Part shown: positions 18,753 through 29,388 of the stretch, one piece after another | Numbering within the stretch: position 1 is the stretch's first letter | Layout: every line of letters begins with the position of its first letter | IMG/VR virus record: IMGVR_UViG_3300025141_016306 | Span: 1-64,000 of that record | DNA from: a virus | Length of the DNA stretch: 64,000 nt | Direction: 5' to 3' (one strand) | The notes under the pieces: model-generated | Told to the model about the DNA's origin: nothing | What the model saw: the letters and a program-made list of their open reading frames with translations, nothing else | Database searches by the model: none | Made by a program: the position numbers and the translations under genes

Positions 18753-19876
18753 CAGCAAACATCCTCTGTGTCGACGGGTTCTAAGTCATAAATGCCGGTA
18801 TCCGCGGACCCCGGGAGATCCGAGCCGGCGCAATCAAAGACGTCAGTAGTATAAATATTCTTAGTTTTAAGATCTTTTGCTTTATTGATATGAAAACATG
18901 CCAGGGACCGGTCGATTTCAGTGTCAAGTTGGATGTCAAACATATCATCTACTGCATCGGATGTAAGTCCTGTGGTGTCTTCCCCGTTAAACGTCATCTT
19001 TTTAAGACCCTGGATATCGTCAGTTTCAGTTATCTCATAGACTTCCAATAAAAAGTTCTCTTCTTCAAAGTCGACGTTCGCCTCCTCAAAAGACACAAGC
19101 AAGTAATCTTTTTCGATCACTACGGATCCGGTGGGAAGTTCGGCTGTCCACACAAGATCGTCAAACATCTCCATGTTCCCAACCCCATGGGGCGTCTCGA
19201 TGCCGCCGGTGGTGTCCAGGTCGTCCAATTCGTCTGCGCCGAGCGCTAGCTCTAGCTTTGTTCTTAGAGTTGGCTCCACTTCATATATATCCATCTCCGG
19301 CGGGACGCGATAAAGGGTGTCCTTAATCGAGGCGCTTAATTGGGGAATTGGGGCAGCAATACCGTTGTGCTGGTAGGCGCGTGCAGAGCTTGAAATCTGC
19401 CCGTTATAGAAGAGCACATTCCACGCCGGCGCCTTATTATTAAAGTAGCGCTTTTGGCCGAGGAGATTGATTAAAAGCTTCTCATTGTCCGCGAAGTCAG
19501 GGTCTAATTTCAATCTTCCGGTTTTATATTCTTCTAGCTCTTTTAAATCTTGCAGGTCTCCGCCCAGATTAAACAAATCAATCATATTTTTTTCAAGGGC
19601 ATATGAAGAAATATCCGCCGTGTTAAATATTGTACGTTCGGAGCCGACTTTGGAATTGAGAGTTTCAATTCGGGGGGTTTCTTCCTGAATTCTTTTTTCA
19701 ACGAGCCACTGCTCTTCAGTGTGAGTTGATCCTGATACCCAGCGCGTGTCATAAATGATGCCGTCATCAGAGAAAGCATAGAAAACCGGGTTGAACTCGC
19801 CGACGGAGAGGAGTTGGCGGCCATAACGCGTCAGCTTAAGGTTTATAACATCTTGTTTTTTATCAAAAAATTCCAT
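18752..19876 (-). CDS. Virion structural protein with tail-collar/gpH-like N-terminal motif (paralogous to 10626..11606)
   Basis: MEFFDKKQDVINLKLTRYGRQLLSVG...FYAFSDDGIIYD aligns with the N-terminus of the 326-aa protein. Confidence 0.65.
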   Translation of the reverse strand: MEFFDKKQDVINLKLTRYGRQLLSVGEFNPVFYAFSDDGIIYDTRWVSGSTHTEEQWLVEKRIQEETPRIETLNSKVGSERTIFNTADISSYALEKNMIDLFNLGGDLQDLKELEEYKTGRLKLDPDFADNEKLLINLLGQKRYFNNKAPAWNVLFYNGQISSSARAYQHNGIAAPIPQLSASIKDTLYRVPPEMDIYEVEPTLRTKLELALGADELDDLDTTGGIETPHGVGNMEMFDDLVWTAELPTGSVVIEKDYLLVSFEEANVDFEEENFLLEVYEITETDDIQGLKKMTFNGEDTTGLTSDAVDDMFDIQLDTEIDRSLACFHINKAKDLKTKNIYTTDVFDCAGSDLPGSADTGIYDLEPVDTEDVC

Positions 19877-19914
19877 TGTCTATGCTGCTCCTACGCTATA
19901 CCTCCTAGGGTTAT

Positions 19915-22900
19915 TTAAAGGCCGCCTTTTCCCATCCACTCCGCGAATGCTTTGGAGACACATTGAAGCTGACCCTTCTTGGGCCCGGACTTCGGAATCC
20001 AGGCCACTAGGCCGTCCGGACATGGCGATTGTACCATGCCAGTGGTGTAGTTATTGGCTCCTAATGCCGCGGCAATAGAGCTAACTACGCCGGCTGGCGT
20101 GGCCGTTAGGGTTCCTGCGTCTTCTGCAAGGGCGGCGGCGACGGCAGAAAGATTATTGGGTGCTAAAGCTGCCGCGGCGCCACCTTCCGCGCGCGGGTTA
20201 AACACCGTGGTTGCTGTTGTCTTGCTTAACTCTATCAGCGAGAAAAAGTCATTCGGCCAGTTATAAGAAAAGGCAAAGTCATGGGGGTGAGCCACATCGC
20301 TGCGCACATACTCTTTGCCGTCAATTGACTGTCGTCCCACCACGTTCGCATAATTATTTCGCGCCCGTTTCTTAACCTTAAAGACTGCCCATCTCGTTTT
20401 GTCAGGATCGAAGATCTCTTCAAAATACGGATGCGGGGGGACGCCCTTCTGTGACGCCTCGGGTCCAGTATCTGCTTCTAATGCACGAGTTGGGAGCACA
20501 TGTGTAATTACATCGCTGGTAGCTTTTATTGCTTTTCTTGCCATCGTTGGCTCGATGCCCTGCCAGATGTTTTGTAGGTCCTCTGTTCCTAGTTTAACCT
20601 CAAACTCCCACATATAAGCCACAAATGGCTCTACATCCTCAAAATGTAAAAAGTCAAACTGGGGCGGCATCACATATTTTCTCATTAATCTCAATAGGTT
20701 ATAAATCCCCTGATCAACTCCCGCGGGGGCTTCTAGTGGTATCTGTTTTCTGTAGTCCTTAACCAGACCTTGGGTGGCTGCGATGGCTGTGCTCTCCTTG
20801 AAGATCGGCTCTTTCACAGTGGTATTGGTCGTTGTGGCTTCGCAGTTCTTTGCCGCATCTACCGCGCTCTTGTTCATTTTATAAAGCATTGTGCGGTTAG
20901 TGTTATTGAAATATTTAAAGGGTATCGCCACAATAGCTTCGGAGAGCATGCGCTCTGTGGCCAAGCTCCCAATTTTGGACTCGCGGTTAGATGGGCCAAA
21001 GCTTAAAAGACTTGCAAGAGATTGAGCGTCGGCATCTTCGCCGGCAGCGCGCATATAAAAGCTCGGGTCTTGCACAGCCATGGTGATTCCCTCCGACGCG
21101 GAAGGAAGTGCTCCGTATTGATGCCACATGCCCACTGGGGCGTTACCGCTCACCGTTTGAGGGGTCGGGGTAAGCGAGGAGGTCGCATGGCTAGAGAAAT
21201 CCAGGACGGGTGTTTCAAACTTGGGATGGACGATGAGGCGTTGGTCGGTCTTGTCCCTCTCATTGTAAAAAATCCATTCGCCCGTGGCGGAGTCGCCTTG
21301 CAATCCCTTGGGTTGCCCAAAATTCAAAGATGCGGATATTTGCATGGCGTTTGCTTGCGCGCAAGATCCGCCGCCCCAATTGGCCACGTTTTGGGCGGCG
21401 CCGGTGGGGCCTTTTGCAAAGATAGACATGCCCGGGTTCCAAGTTTTCATTCTATCATATGACTGAGATATCTCAGCCATAAGCTCGCTAACAAGTTTTG
21501 AACCTTTATCTAGGCCCACCATCAAGCGGCAATAACTATAGCCATCATAATATGGAGGAGTGTAAGGCTCAAAAGAGGCAACGTTGCCTAGCCAATTATC
21601 AAGACCTCCCGTAGGCGCGAGACCCGACGGTCCAGCAAACCAAAGTGAAAACGGGCCCGAATTAACTGGTGGGCCGAATGAGGATCCATATGTATGAACG
21701 TCTGTTGTATATCCACTATTGGCGCGCGAATACATTGTGATACTAGAAGTATTATAAAGAAGACTTGAGCCCCACAGATACGTAGCTGTGCCATATACCC
21801 AATTTGATGCATCAGAGTGAAAAAAGCTGCTCGTTTCATAATATGACTGGTAATCTACCATATTGCGAGAATTTCTCAGCACCACATCGAGATAGTAATT
21901 TCCAGAGACAGGAACCGCGACAGTATCCTGGATTGGGAGAGGCATGCTAGTAATAGAAGACACCGCCCCCTCTTCTAAGAAAAAGTCTACGCTCTCGGCC
22001 AAAAAGTTGTTCATTGCAAATTTATAGGCCGGTGCCACGACGCGGTAGCTAGCTGTCGAATCCAGACGCGCGTCCATCATTCCTTCCATGTCGCGCAGGG
22101 CCAAGGCGGGGGCTGGATCGTAAATCTGCTCAAAGTTAATCCGCTGATTAAAGTTTCCGCTAATCATTGAATTCGAGCCCCATACGTCCCTATCGCTTCC
22201 CACCCAGTCCAAGGTCGTCGAATCCGCGTTGTGAACCGGGTAGTCCACAGCCAGGCCTGACTTAACACTGTTGTATAAAATGCCGGGGGCGAAGAAGGGC
22301 TGCAACAGCGTGCGCAGCTTCCCGTTGTCCGCAGGTGCGCCCGCGGACTCTAATTTAACGCCTTGCAACGATGAGGAGAAAAGCGTGCCCAATTGAACTG
22401 TTCTTTCTGATGGATAAAAGCCATTATAGGGTAAAAACTTTATGATTGCTTCGCAGCCTAGGCTGAGACGCGGCGTTTTTATTTTGCCAAAAGTTTGGCC
22501 GGCGCTGGTATCTCCGAACCCCTTCTGGAAAAGCTTAAAATGTTCGTAGAAGTCCGAGTATACGTGTCTCTTCAAGAAATCGTCTACTCGATTAGATGAG
22601 TCCGTGGCAGCGCCGGTGAGTGACAACATTCCATTTTTAACGCCAAGACCTGTAGTGTTGGTTAGATTTTTAAAGTACGGGTAAGTGGGCTTCTCTAAAC
22701 TCCAATTAGATCCCTTGCGCGCAGCGATAAAGTCTCCCATTTTTTCCGAAATTCTAAACTCTGGAAGAATCGTAGAATCTTGGGCCATGGCCGAAAGACC
22801 ATCGGCGTAATCATCGTAAGTATCATAAAATGGAGCGGTGCCAGCGTTGTTGCTTCCTGTAGCGACCCATTGGCCGTGGCCAACAGACGCCGTGAATTGG

Positions 22901-25900
22901 ATTAAGTAGGCAACCTCTCGGGCCCGGGCGGTGTCCACAACGCTCCCTTGCCACCCGACGTAGCCTAGGGAACCGGCGTAGCTATACGGAAGTCCAAACG
23001 AGGCTGTTCGAGAATAACTGCCAGACCAAATTGGAAGCTGGTCGGAAGAGCCAAAATCCGAACTCCACGCAGTCGTCGGAGAAGCGGCGAGGAGCGGGAT
23101 TCGACGAATATAACTGCATGCCGGCATAATATTGGAGGCGGTGCCGTAATGGAACAAGCTATATGTATTCTGAAGTTCGCCAACTCCGCTGCCTGTGGGC
23201 ATTGAAGCAGAATAGGGGGCGTGCGAACCGTAAGTGATGTAGTCGAGCGCTTGGTCTGCGCCGTATTCGCTTGTTGCGTCCAGCTTCCAAAGGCTGGCTG
23301 TCCCGATAAGTTCTCCCATCGAATTGGGAAGGCCGGTGACGCTAGCCCCGCCTGTTCGGTTTCGATTCGCGCGCGTTGATCTCCAGAAGTCATTAACAAA
23401 TGTCTCTCTCTTTCGACTGCCTGAAAGATATGTAAATTGTTCTTTCGGGTAAATAACCTCTGTGTAGGCGGCTTGTGTGTCTGCCTTCTTCCCGGTTTTC
23501 TCCACCAATGTCTTGATGGCCAAATACGGGGAATAGGTTTTTGTGAATAGATTTTTATTGTTTGGGTCGTGTTTCGTCAACAGGACATCTAGGGCAGCGC
23601 CATCTTGACTGTGGTCGGTAAATAGCACATTCTGGTTGCCATAAGTCATGACAATCTTAGCGTAATCGTTTTCATTATCGCCTGTCGGTAGATATATCTG
23701 CAAGGGCTTATATTTGCCGCTAGCTACCGGTTCCGTATAGTTAACGATTGTCTTCGAAAATAAACCTGAGAATCCGGGGGTCCCTAGGGGATTCTCTCTG
23801 TCTTGGCCAACCATGGCCGTAACCGCCTCTTCTTTAACGTATCCAATTTCATTATATCTTCTCTGGTATCTTACAATCGGATGTTGATCGCCTCGAATTT
23901 GTTTCCAAGAAGGCCATCCGTAAGGGCCTTGACGGTGAAGAATTAATCCATTTAAAACTCTTGGGAAACCTCCGCCTGGTAAACTCCCCACAGAAGTGGC
24001 CCGAGTAACAAGGCCTCCTTTATAGGGATATGTAGCCCTGTCGGTGGCGTCCAATGGATTGAGGTTGACCATTCCGCCCGGATATCCCAACATATTCGTA
24101 CTCGCAGTAAGCGCTTCCTGAATATTCATGTTTAATCCTGCAAAGTCTACAGGAATAAAGTTTGGAGAGTCGGGTGCCATCCCTGCTATGGCGCCGGCCA
24201 ACTCCTCACCATAATATCGATTCGCGCCGCCCCACGAGCCGACCGTGCTAGCGCTACAAAAAGTAATATCAGTTGACGCCTCATCTCCGCGGGCAAAGTT
24301 TCTTTGTTCATATCCCAATAAGATGTCGCCAGTTTGCAATACGCTGGCCGTGATCCAAGAATATTGAAAGTCTGACTGTGGAATCGGATGCGAAACCATG
24401 GCGTTATCGTAATGGGAGGCAGTAATAATTGTTGCTTGATCTCCCTCGTATTGATTTCCATATTGGACTCTTTTCCGGGCATTTCGATTAACTTTGTGGA
24501 AAGAAGCCGTCGCATCCGTATAGCCAACCATGGCGTAATACGACCCCGCGTTGACGGAACCGCTTGTGCCGGGATAGGCCTGCCCCGCGCGGACATAACT
24601 GGCCGAGTTAAAAGCGTCACTGAAATATCCGAACTGCTTTGAGTGATCCGAAAGAAGCACATCTAAAGGCTGTCGCACTTCAAGGTTTCTGAAGGGAAGC
24701 GCATTGTAAACCGAATATTCGGCGGCCTCGATGTCAAGGAATCCTAAACTATTGACCTCTGGGCCGCCGGGAGCAGAGAAGCGATTCACAATCACAAACT
24801 GATTGCGTGCGCGCACGGGAAGCGTATAATCAACGGTGCCGCTAATCAGGCTCTCCACAGAAGATCCAGTAATACTTCCTGTCTCCACCAAATATATGTT
24901 GTTAGCCGTACGGCTATTTGTCAACACTACATCATAGTCATTACTATAGTTGCCAATATTGGTAATGTTAGACGCTGTAGTCTGTTGGATATTCTTAATG
25001 TTTATGGGGCGCTTAGCCATTGGCTCGCGGAAAAAGACGGCGCGTGGGAGGTTATTATTTATATTCCCCACAGGATCACCGGGTCGGGATGCCGGATTAA
25101 GAAGCGTTATGCCGTTATCCGTGAACGCGCCGCCCTCTTGATCAACCGTCCACACTTCACCTCGATTTGTTTGATTGGCGCTGCCAGTGTTTAATTTTTG
25201 GTGTCTATGTTGATTACCACCCACATATTTTTCTGTAAACAACCCTTGCATGGGGTGTTCATAGTCGGGCCCGTAGACGTCATGGTGGATATTGGTCAGA
25301 CGCGCGTTGCTGGGCAAGTCCGCAAGTCCGCTTTGAGGCCCCAGCGAAGAACTGATGATGTTGAATGGTGCCAACAAACTCGCATCGGCGCGATTGTATG
25401 TATCGTTGTTGAAAGACCAATTTACGGTGCCCGCTGGCAGAATCGTTTTTTGGTTTGACCCTGAGAGCCATGGCTTCTGTGTCCCTTCTATACAGTCGGC
25501 GGAACTGCTTAATGTTGTAACGATGGCAAGATCGGCAGATCCGCCGCCTGCTGCATAGAAGCGCTTCATCGTTTCTTTGTAATAGGTCACTTTTTTATTG
25601 CGATGAAAATTGATGCCGCCTTTATAGTGCTCACTTATATCACCCGCAGTTCGATAAGGTTTGGCGTGCCTTAAGGCATATGTTGAACCAGAATATTGTG
25701 TAGACGAGCCGCTATCATATAAAGTATAGTTGGGGGCGTTGTTTTCGTTATTAATAGAATCTAATATATCTTGCTTGTTGGTATTGACTCCAGTAACTGC
25801 CGAGTAAATAACCGTATTGGTTCGGAGCGCTCTATTCCGCCACCACAAACATTTCTCTTTTTGAGAGCTATTCAGCGGGGCATGCCCAAGCCTCCAATTG

Positions 25901-28900
25901 TATAGAAGCTCGTTAACACCGAGCACTTGCGCATTAAAATCTGGAATTTCTTCGCGGATGACTGGCGCCTTGTGCTGAAATTTATTGCGATCCCCAAGGA
26001 CAAAGTTTTCCACAATGGTGGAAACGCCCTCTTTGAGCACTCCCATCGAAGCTGGGATTAAATTGGCAATATATTGGCTCATTGCATAATCAATAAACTT
26101 GAAGTATTCTACATACTTATCGAAATCATAGTCATTGTCAACCTTCTCGAAGAACAGGTCTGACATCTTAATAAGTTCTTTATAATTGCCGCGGAAACGA
26201 TTGACGTTGGCACCGATGAGGGTGTTTAAGTACCCGGCCGTGGCGAACATTCCGAGCATTTCTTCGGATACATCTTGAAATAAGTTTTTCTCTATTGAAA
26301 GATTATAAGTGGTCGGTCGCGCGTTGCGCGTATAAAAATCGTCTGATTGGTTCTCCACAATATTAACTAAGTTGGAATCCAGAAGAACTTCTGGTACTTG
26401 CTGTTGCAGGGTGCCGCGAGACAGCTTCTGTACAGGCGCACTGCTCGATATGCTAAAAAAGCTGCCGCTAGCTGTGTGGCGACGGCTGACAAGGCCGCTA
26501 AACCAATCAAAACGATCATCAGTGGCGCTTCCAGAGGAGGCATCTTCAACTGAAAACTGGCCATACGCGTCCGATCCCGTGACCGAGGCAAAATTCCAGC
26601 GCAAAGCAAGCGTTTCTATTTCTGATACATCGGTGCCCTTAATTGCGTCTTGGTAGAGGAACGCCCTCCTAGAAGGAGACGCCGGGCCGTAGCTGCCAAT
26701 TTTCATATTGTGCTGGTCAATAGAGGATGTTGCAATATCGGCATACCATGCTTTAACTTCGCTTATTTTTGTATCTGCGAACTGCAGCACAGCGCCTGTA
26801 AAGTTAGTTCTATGCGCTCCGGCGTAAACTCTTTTATGACTAGCTAAAATTTTGCGCCCTTCTTCAACACTGAGGGAAGCTGTCAATATAAATTCGTTCC
26901 GCTTTAAATCGCCAATATGATTAGAACCGTAAAATCGGACCTTGTATCCGTTCAATTCAGAGCCGTCTGGCTCGTTAATCTGAGGATAGGTGTTCGGCTT
27001 GACGGTTACAGCAAATGTCCAGAGATCATCGTCGTAGACATTCTCAAAAAACGAGGAGGTTAGCTCGGGGGTGATGAAGCCGCCGGCGGATCCCGTTAAG
27101 ACAAATTTAGCGTTGCTAGAGAATCTATTGTCTTTGACGGCAAAGACCTGGAAGTTGGCGTAGTCATTTGTTGCCCATGTTAGGTCATTTTCTGTACCAT
27201 TAGCGGTGTGTAAACCGAAGAGAGAAGAAGAAACGACGAGAGGATACAGATTCTCATAAGAACTGCTTGTGCCTCGCTTAAGTGTCGCATACTCACCAAT
27301 TGAAACTCGATTGGGTAGCACTATATCGCTCTCTAGGGTAAAAGAGAGTCCTGAGCCTTCATAGTCACCATCATAATCGGAGGTGCCAGAGATGAAGGAA
27401 GTAGCATTTGAGTCGGTGCGATACTGGTAGACGCTCGCATCCTGGCTGCCTGTTTTATTGAAATTTATATAATTTGTAACCTTTGTTATTTCGCGCGTGT
27501 TGTCTTGGAGTTTGTAGGCTCCGTTGTTCGCGTAAATATTGAATTTTAAGGCATTGTCTCCTAGCCCGAAACAGCGGAAAAGGTTTCTCATCGCCTTTTC
27601 GGTGCCCTTGGCCTTGTTAATATAAGTGAGATTGTTGTAAATGTTCTGGTAAATGGTGTTTTTAATCTCTTGGAGCGTTTCCTCGAACTTTAAAGTATCA
27701 CTGCGATTTTCAAATTGCTCCAAGAGATCTGCGTTTATGAACAAGTCAGAAGCAATCATGCCCCGTGACTCTATAAAGTGCTTATTAAATGGCGGCGGGT
27801 TTGTGTCGCCGGCGTAGTATTTCTCGTGTTTCAGTTCTGGAAGTTTTTGAACAAGAAGCGCTGCTGAGTCAAAATAACTTCCCATAATTTGCAACGCATT
27901 TAATAGTTCATTTTTATTTAGATTGGACGGATCCGTTTCGTTCTCGCTCAACATCCACTGCGGAACAAACGAATCCATTTTGTTTGCGTTTACATCATCA
28001 TGGACGCGCCCTTCCAGTTTTTTCTCGTTCTTGTAGCCCAAAACGGTTGGATGGAAAGAATATAAAATGGGATCCTGGAATTCCGTTGGGCTCGCAGATG
28101 AAGAAACAATCGCCGATCCCGTGTTACGAGAATAGGTAGCGGAATATCCTGTCCATGCGCCATTGGTGATACGACCGGAATAGTCAAGCACCACCGCATC
28201 AATTGAAGCTGTTTGCGTGATTCCTGCATTAAACTTATAATAAACACCTAGATCGGTGTTGGCAGGGTCGCTATTGGTGCCGCCGCCGACTTGGCCAAAC
28301 CAATATCGTTGAAGCTTCTCAGAACTTCTGTATGTCTTCCAATATCGGAGTTCATCCAATGATCCCGATAACTTAGCATAACCGCGGTCTGGTCCATCGT
28401 GATAAATATTTCCCGAGGGAGACTGCCCCAATGCAGCGATGGTGGCGCACAGAGCGCCGCTCACGTAGCCAACGGACGAACCGGTAACAATCCTATCGTT
28501 GTGTTCGCCATCTATAAAGAGATCTGCGACAACCGTGCTGCCCGTATTCTTTAACCTAAAAGCATAATGATGCCACGTGTCATCTGCGACAGTGGCTGCT
28601 GTTATGGAGTCACCGATGCTTTGCGTTGCAAAACCCGTGGCTCCGGACATATAGGTGAGCAAGAAGGGGCTACCGGTGGCGGCGCCTGTCATCTCAATGC
28701 GGAAGCGTCCATAGTCGACTGAACTGCTTAGGGTACCCGTAACAAAGACGTCAAGAATTACCTCTTTTTCGGTTGCCGCGGCGGAAAAAGCATCTTTGGA
28801 AAGCCAAAACTCGACTGTGTTTCCGTCGATGCCGCCAATTTTAAGATTGTTTTCACGATTATTGTCTAAATCATATATATTTGCATCTTTCCGATAAACC

Positions 28901-29385
28901 GCCTTATCCTGTTTATAGTCATAGTAAACCTTTAGACCGGTACCGGCGTTGGGTCCGCCTTTGACAAGAATGTATTCATAGGAGGAGGTTCCGGCGGCGC
29001 CGTAACCATTGTACATGTCGGTGGCAGTTAAACTGGCCGTCGTGAATGTTGCATAGCCAGTAGTGCGGGGATACCCATTTTCAAAAATGTATAAATCTAG
29101 GTAGGAGGAACTAATTTCCCATTGGATCTTTTCTTTTAATGATCCGTCATAAGGATACGTATCATATATTCTCGTGATCGTATCTTCGTAGTATTTTTCA
29201 GCGGAACCGAAACGAGCAAAAGATTTTGGTTCAGAGAAGTGCTCAAGGGGTAGAAAACGCGCGTTGTTTTCCTTGACGGCTCGCATATAATCAAATGATT
29301 CTACCTGGCTATCAATCTCTTGTTTGGTTAGAGGCTCAGCACCGCTGTTGCCCTTCCCCTCATTAAATAAATCTTTAAGTGACAT
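19915..29385 (-). CDS. Giant (3156 aa) baseplate wedge protein, gp7/P2 gpI-like core with LamG/ConA-like domains
   Basis: TVEFWL...WHHYAF...LFIDG...LSGSLDELRYWK (LamG-like); IYNNLTYINKAKGTEKAMRNLFRCFG (KGT motif of gpI/gp7); position downstream of the gp25 and gp6 homologs. Confidence 0.7.
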   Translation of the reverse strand: MSLKDLFNEGKGNSGAEPLTKQEIDSQVESFDYMRAVKENNARFLPLEHFSEPKSFARFGSAEKYYEDTITRIYDTYPYDGSLKEKIQWEISSSYLDLYIFENGYPRTTGYATFTTASLTATDMYNGYGAAGTSSYEYILVKGGPNAGTGLKVYYDYKQDKAVYRKDANIYDLDNNRENNLKIGGIDGNTVEFWLSKDAFSAAATEKEVILDVFVTGTLSSSVDYGRFRIEMTGAATGSPFLLTYMSGATGFATQSIGDSITAATVADDTWHHYAFRLKNTGSTVVADLFIDGEHNDRIVTGSSVGYVSGALCATIAALGQSPSGNIYHDGPDRGYAKLSGSLDELRYWKTYRSSEKLQRYWFGQVGGGTNSDPANTDLGVYYKFNAGITQTASIDAVVLDYSGRITNGAWTGYSATYSRNTGSAIVSSSASPTEFQDPILYSFHPTVLGYKNEKKLEGRVHDDVNANKMDSFVPQWMLSENETDPSNLNKNELLNALQIMGSYFDSAALLVQKLPELKHEKYYAGDTNPPPFNKHFIESRGMIASDLFINADLLEQFENRSDTLKFEETLQEIKNTIYQNIYNNLTYINKAKGTEKAMRNLFRCFGLGDNALKFNIYANNGAYKLQDNTREITKVTNYINFNKTGSQDASVYQYRTDSNATSFISGTSDYDGDYEGSGLSFTLESDIVLPNRVSIGEYATLKRGTSSSYENLYPLVVSSSLFGLHTANGTENDLTWATNDYANFQVFAVKDNRFSSNAKFVLTGSAGGFITPELTSSFFENVYDDDLWTFAVTVKPNTYPQINEPDGSELNGYKVRFYGSNHIGDLKRNEFILTASLSVEEGRKILASHKRVYAGAHRTNFTGAVLQFADTKISEVKAWYADIATSSIDQHNMKIGSYGPASPSRRAFLYQDAIKGTDVSEIETLALRWNFASVTGSDAYGQFSVEDASSGSATDDRFDWFSGLVSRRHTASGSFFSISSSAPVQKLSRGTLQQQVPEVLLDSNLVNIVENQSDDFYTRNARPTTYNLSIEKNLFQDVSEEMLGMFATAGYLNTLIGANVNRFRGNYKELIKMSDLFFEKVDNDYDFDKYVEYFKFIDYAMSQYIANLIPASMGVLKEGVSTIVENFVLGDRNKFQHKAPVIREEIPDFNAQVLGVNELLYNWRLGHAPLNSSQKEKCLWWRNRALRTNTVIYSAVTGVNTNKQDILDSINNENNAPNYTLYDSGSSTQYSGSTYALRHAKPYRTAGDISEHYKGGINFHRNKKVTYYKETMKRFYAAGGGSADLAIVTTLSSSADCIEGTQKPWLSGSNQKTILPAGTVNWSFNNDTYNRADASLLAPFNIISSSLGPQSGLADLPSNARLTNIHHDVYGPDYEHPMQGLFTEKYVGGNQHRHQKLNTGSANQTNRGEVWTVDQEGGAFTDNGITLLNPASRPGDPVGNINNNLPRAVFFREPMAKRPINIKNIQQTTASNITNIGNYSNDYDVVLTNSRTANNIYLVETGSITGSSVESLISGTVDYTLPVRARNQFVIVNRFSAPGGPEVNSLGFLDIEAAEYSVYNALPFRNLEVRQPLDVLLSDHSKQFGYFSDAFNSASYVRAGQAYPGTSGSVNAGSYYAMVGYTDATASFHKVNRNARKRVQYGNQYEGDQATIITASHYDNAMVSHPIPQSDFQYSWITASVLQTGDILLGYEQRNFARGDEASTDITFCSASTVGSWGGANRYYGEELAGAIAGMAPDSPNFIPVDFAGLNMNIQEALTASTNMLGYPGGMVNLNPLDATDRATYPYKGGLVTRATSVGSLPGGGFPRVLNGLILHRQGPYGWPSWKQIRGDQHPIVRYQRRYNEIGYVKEEAVTAMVGQDRENPLGTPGFSGLFSKTIVNYTEPVASGKYKPLQIYLPTGDNENDYAKIVMTYGNQNVLFTDHSQDGAALDVLLTKHDPNNKNLFTKTYSPYLAIKTLVEKTGKKADTQAAYTEVIYPKEQFTYLSGSRKRETFVNDFWRSTRANRNRTGGASVTGLPNSMGELIGTASLWKLDATSEYGADQALDYITYGSHAPYSASMPTGSGVGELQNTYSLFHYGTASNIMPACSYIRRIPLLAASPTTAWSSDFGSSDQLPIWSGSYSRTASFGLPYSYAGSLGYVGWQGSVVDTARAREVAYLIQFTASVGHGQWVATGSNNAGTAPFYDTYDDYADGLSAMAQDSTILPEFRISEKMGDFIAARKGSNWSLEKPTYPYFKNLTNTTGLGVKNGMLSLTGAATDSSNRVDDFLKRHVYSDFYEHFKLFQKGFGDTSAGQTFGKIKTPRLSLGCEAIIKFLPYNGFYPSERTVQLGTLFSSSLQGVKLESAGAPADNGKLRTLLQPFFAPGILYNSVKSGLAVDYPVHNADSTTLDWVGSDRDVWGSNSMISGNFNQRINFEQIYDPAPALALRDMEGMMDARLDSTASYRVVAPAYKFAMNNFLAESVDFFLEEGAVSSITSMPLPIQDTVAVPVSGNYYLDVVLRNSRNMVDYQSYYETSSFFHSDASNWVYGTATYLWGSSLLYNTSSITMYSRANSGYTTDVHTYGSSFGPPVNSGPFSLWFAGPSGLAPTGGLDNWLGNVASFEPYTPPYYDGYSYCRLMVGLDKGSKLVSELMAEISQSYDRMKTWNPGMSIFAKGPTGAAQNVANWGGGSCAQANAMQISASLNFGQPKGLQGDSATGEWIFYNERDKTDQRLIVHPKFETPVLDFSSHATSSLTPTPQTVSGNAPVGMWHQYGALPSASEGITMAVQDPSFYMRAAGEDADAQSLASLLSFGPSNRESKIGSLATERMLSEAIVAIPFKYFNNTNRTMLYKMNKSAVDAAKNCEATTTNTTVKEPIFKESTAIAATQGLVKDYRKQIPLEAPAGVDQGIYNLLRLMRKYVMPPQFDFLHFEDVEPFVAYMWEFEVKLGTEDLQNIWQGIEPTMARKAIKATSDVITHVLPTRALEADTGPEASQKGVPPHPYFEEIFDPDKTRWAVFKVKKRARNNYANVVGRQSIDGKEYVRSDVAHPHDFAFSYNWPNDFFSLIELSKTTATTVFNPRAEGGAAAALAPNNLSAVAAALAEDAGTLTATPAGVVSSIAAALGANNYTTGMVQSPCPDGLVAWIPKSGPKKGQLQCVSKAFAEWMGKGGL

Positions 29386-29388
29386 GTT

